64,000 nt of DNA from Protoeuglena noctilucae (taxonomy: Eukaryota), in the NCBI GenBank assembly GCA_958009085.1, contig OY253669.1, positions 372,001-436,000 of the forward strand, written 5' to 3'. This document shows, one piece after another, positions 61,701 through 64,000 of this stretch. The position numbers and the translations under genes were made by a program. The notes under the pieces were generated by a model that was not told where the DNA came from, searched no databases, and saw nothing but the letters and a program-made list of their open reading frames with translations. The stretch's first letter is position 1. Each line of letters starts with the position of its first letter.

Positions 61701-64000
61701 GGACATCACGCGGCGCGTGGTCAGCTTGCTGCCGACGCCCCTGCGCGGGCGGACCGCAGGCGAGGCGGTTAAGACCCCGCCCGCGGGGGTGCTGCAGTGG
61801 CATCCGCCCCTCGTGTGGCCCGTGCTGGGCTATGGCAACGGGGCAGGGACCTTACGGGCGGAGTGGGATGTGTCAACGGCGACGGCGGCGGGCCCGTCCG
61901 CATGTCGCGAGGGCCTGTGCCTGCTGCTCTCGCGCGCGCTCCTGCTGGCGTGGGACGTGCCCATGTTCGCTGCGGCGAAGTCTGCGTCTGCGGCACGCGC
62001 GTCGGTGGCGGGGGGCACCCCCCGGGGTACGGGCAAGGGGACGGTGGTGGTGAAGCCGCCCGTGCCCCTCGCGATGCTGGCGGAGGCGCGCGACCGCCTG
62101 CACCGCCTGCACGCCGTGCTGGCGCAGAGGTGCGTGGGGCAGGGCCAGAGAGATGGGCACCGGCCCTGCCACCTTGGGTGCAAGCCATGCGGAGAGTCAT
62201 GAATGCCTGGGTTTTGTTTCATAAATCCCATGATCGCCAAGATGGCTCCGTCGCCTGTCCATTGCTCTTTTCTGACCCCACCGCAGGGAGTCTCCGACGT
62301 TCTGGAAGGTGCAGAGCCTGCTGCGAATGGATGGGGACGGCGCGCATTTGGGAAAACGCAAGGGATCTCCGGGGATGTTGTTTGGTGGGGCGGAGGACGC
62401 GCTGGGGCGGCAGACGCCGGGACTGCCTGGGTCAGCCTACAAGCGCATGCGTGGGGCGGACGGCGAGCGTGTGGGGTTGGGCCGGGGGGGCGAGGAAGAT
62501 GCGGAGGCGGTTGAGGAAGAGGCCATGGCGTCTTTGCAGGCGCTCGTGGCCAGGGCGGCCCAGGTAAGGGGCGCGAGTGCCTCAGTTGGAGGTACCATGG
62601 GTGCCTAGTTGGTGGTGGTGGGCAGTGGCCACAGCAGCGTCCCACTGCTCCCCATGACGCCGTCTCATGCCTCTATGCCCACCCACTGTCTCTCCCAGGT
62701 CCTCTCCCTGCTCATCCTGGCATCCCGCCAGCGTCTGAGCCCCATGGAGGCACCCACCGTGGATCTGCTCACGCGTTCCACCCTTCGCGCTTTGGTGGTG
62801 GAGGAGGCGGGGGAGCAGGCGCTGCGGGCCGTCATCCACGCCATGCAGCCGCAGGAGGCGGACGATGCACTGCGACAGGCGCTCGGGGCCGAGTGCCCGT
62901 CCTTCTTCAAGGCGAGTGGGCGTGGCGAGCGGTTGTGCTGCGCTGGCCGGCGTGCGGAGAGAGTGGCAGCCGCAGCCCCCTCGCCGCTGGACGAAGCACA
63001 CGGTGGGCATTTCGGGGCTGAGCGGAAAGTAAGTATGTCAATGCCCATGTGAGAGCCGCGCGGGTGCCTGGCGTGGCTGTGTTTAGCACCTGCATGCGTT
63101 GGCACCGACAGTGCGCAGACTCACTGCAGCATCTGCACCCGAGCGCAGGAAGAGGATCAGAAGGCGCTTCTGGCGACCAAGGCCCTGGCGGAGGCGGATC
63201 GCATGGCAGAGGGGCCGGACAAGCAAGACCGGGCCGCAGCTGCACTGGCGCTGCTCCTGGAGCTGCCGGGCTCGGTGGACCTGGGCGCGGCCGTGCCGAT
63301 CCTGGCGCGCGTCGGGATGATCGACGGATGCGTGCAGCTGGTCGCGAGGCGAGGGATGCTTTGAGATGCTGGACTACTATTGTAGATGTGACGCAACGTG
63401 GGCCTCTGCAGGAGACCAGTGCGCTCAGCTGCGAGTGCCCTGGCCCCGCCCCGCTCGCAGGGCTGCGCATCTTTCCGACCCGGAGCAGCTCGCGGGCCGC
63501 CTGGGCCCGGAGGGAGAGGCGGCGCGGGCCCGCCGCCACCAGTCCTACCGCCACCTGCTGTCGGCCGTGGTGGCGCTCGGCAAGCCGGCCATCGCCAAGC
63601 TCCTCCGGTCGCAAGCCGCGGCCCAGGATCCCTGGCTCGCGGACTTTACGTTCGAGTACCTCGCCGCGGCACGCCAGGGCGACGTGCTGCTGGCCCAGGC
63701 CCCCGCCTCGCGACTGGAGGACTTCTTCCTTCGTGCCGGCGGCATCGACGCGGACCTGACCAGGCCGCTCCCGGCGCTGCTGCCGGCGCAGGAGCAGTGC
63801 TTGCTCCTGCTCTCCGACCTGTACGTCCGGCAGGGGCGGTCCGAGCGGGCGGCGCGTGTGCTCGAGGCGCTGGCGAGGAGGGACGGCCTGGGCATCGCAG
63901 ACCGGAGGGCGCTGCTGGGCCGCGCGAGGTCCGCGGCGGAGTCTGCGGGGGTTCCTAGCGGAGAGATCGCTAACTTGCTAGAAGTGCTGGACCTGCAGGA
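58754..64000 (+). CDS. NUP155: Nucleoporin Nup155/Nup170 (runs off the right edge)
   Basis: GLLPEIHHAWASIDSSLFLWRY, VGLVRPKPGV, GRIFLGSADG, CPSFFK|EED. Two GC-AG introns (62912-63148, 63349-63460). Confidence 0.92.

Noticed and set aside
1..64000. Hundreds of long overlapping Arg/Pro/Gly/Ala-rich ORFs in the ORF track
   Set aside because: They are shadow frames expected at very high GC. The real genes are spliced and explain the sequence.

Overview
This is eukaryotic nuclear DNA: very GC-rich, gene-dense, with many short (~70-300 nt) spliceosomal introns. Most entries in the supplied ORF track are therefore shadow ORFs. Nuclear plastocyanin and ferredoxin with transit peptides, plus BBS1, point to a compact-genome green alga with flagellar machinery (inference). 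About 33 spliced genes were modelled by hand: kinesin-5 (5' end), TRIC channel, rhomboid, NOG1-like GTPase, HACD, mitochondrial bL20, NUDT23, a bacterial-type TPR protein, COX6A, a PAN-domain protein, PIG-H, a coiled-coil protein, ferredoxin, kinase-PP2C, GAF-pseudocyclase, CBM-sucrose-phosphatase, plastocyanin, RING-CH, a double sulfotransferase, two CsgA-like SDRs, BRAP2, ArfGAP, an EEF2KMT-like methyltransferase, GNAT, UCH, BBS1, BUD20, NUP155 (5' part) and several hypotheticals. Three observations stand out. (1) GC-AG introns (AG|GCRAG donors) are far more frequent than usual. (2) A ~400-nt direct duplication of a bidirectional promoter, including the first exons of both flanking genes, brackets an SDR gene. 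(3) The PIG-H stop overlaps the start of the next same-strand gene, suggesting a polycistronic unit. All exon boundaries are manual predictions without transcript data.
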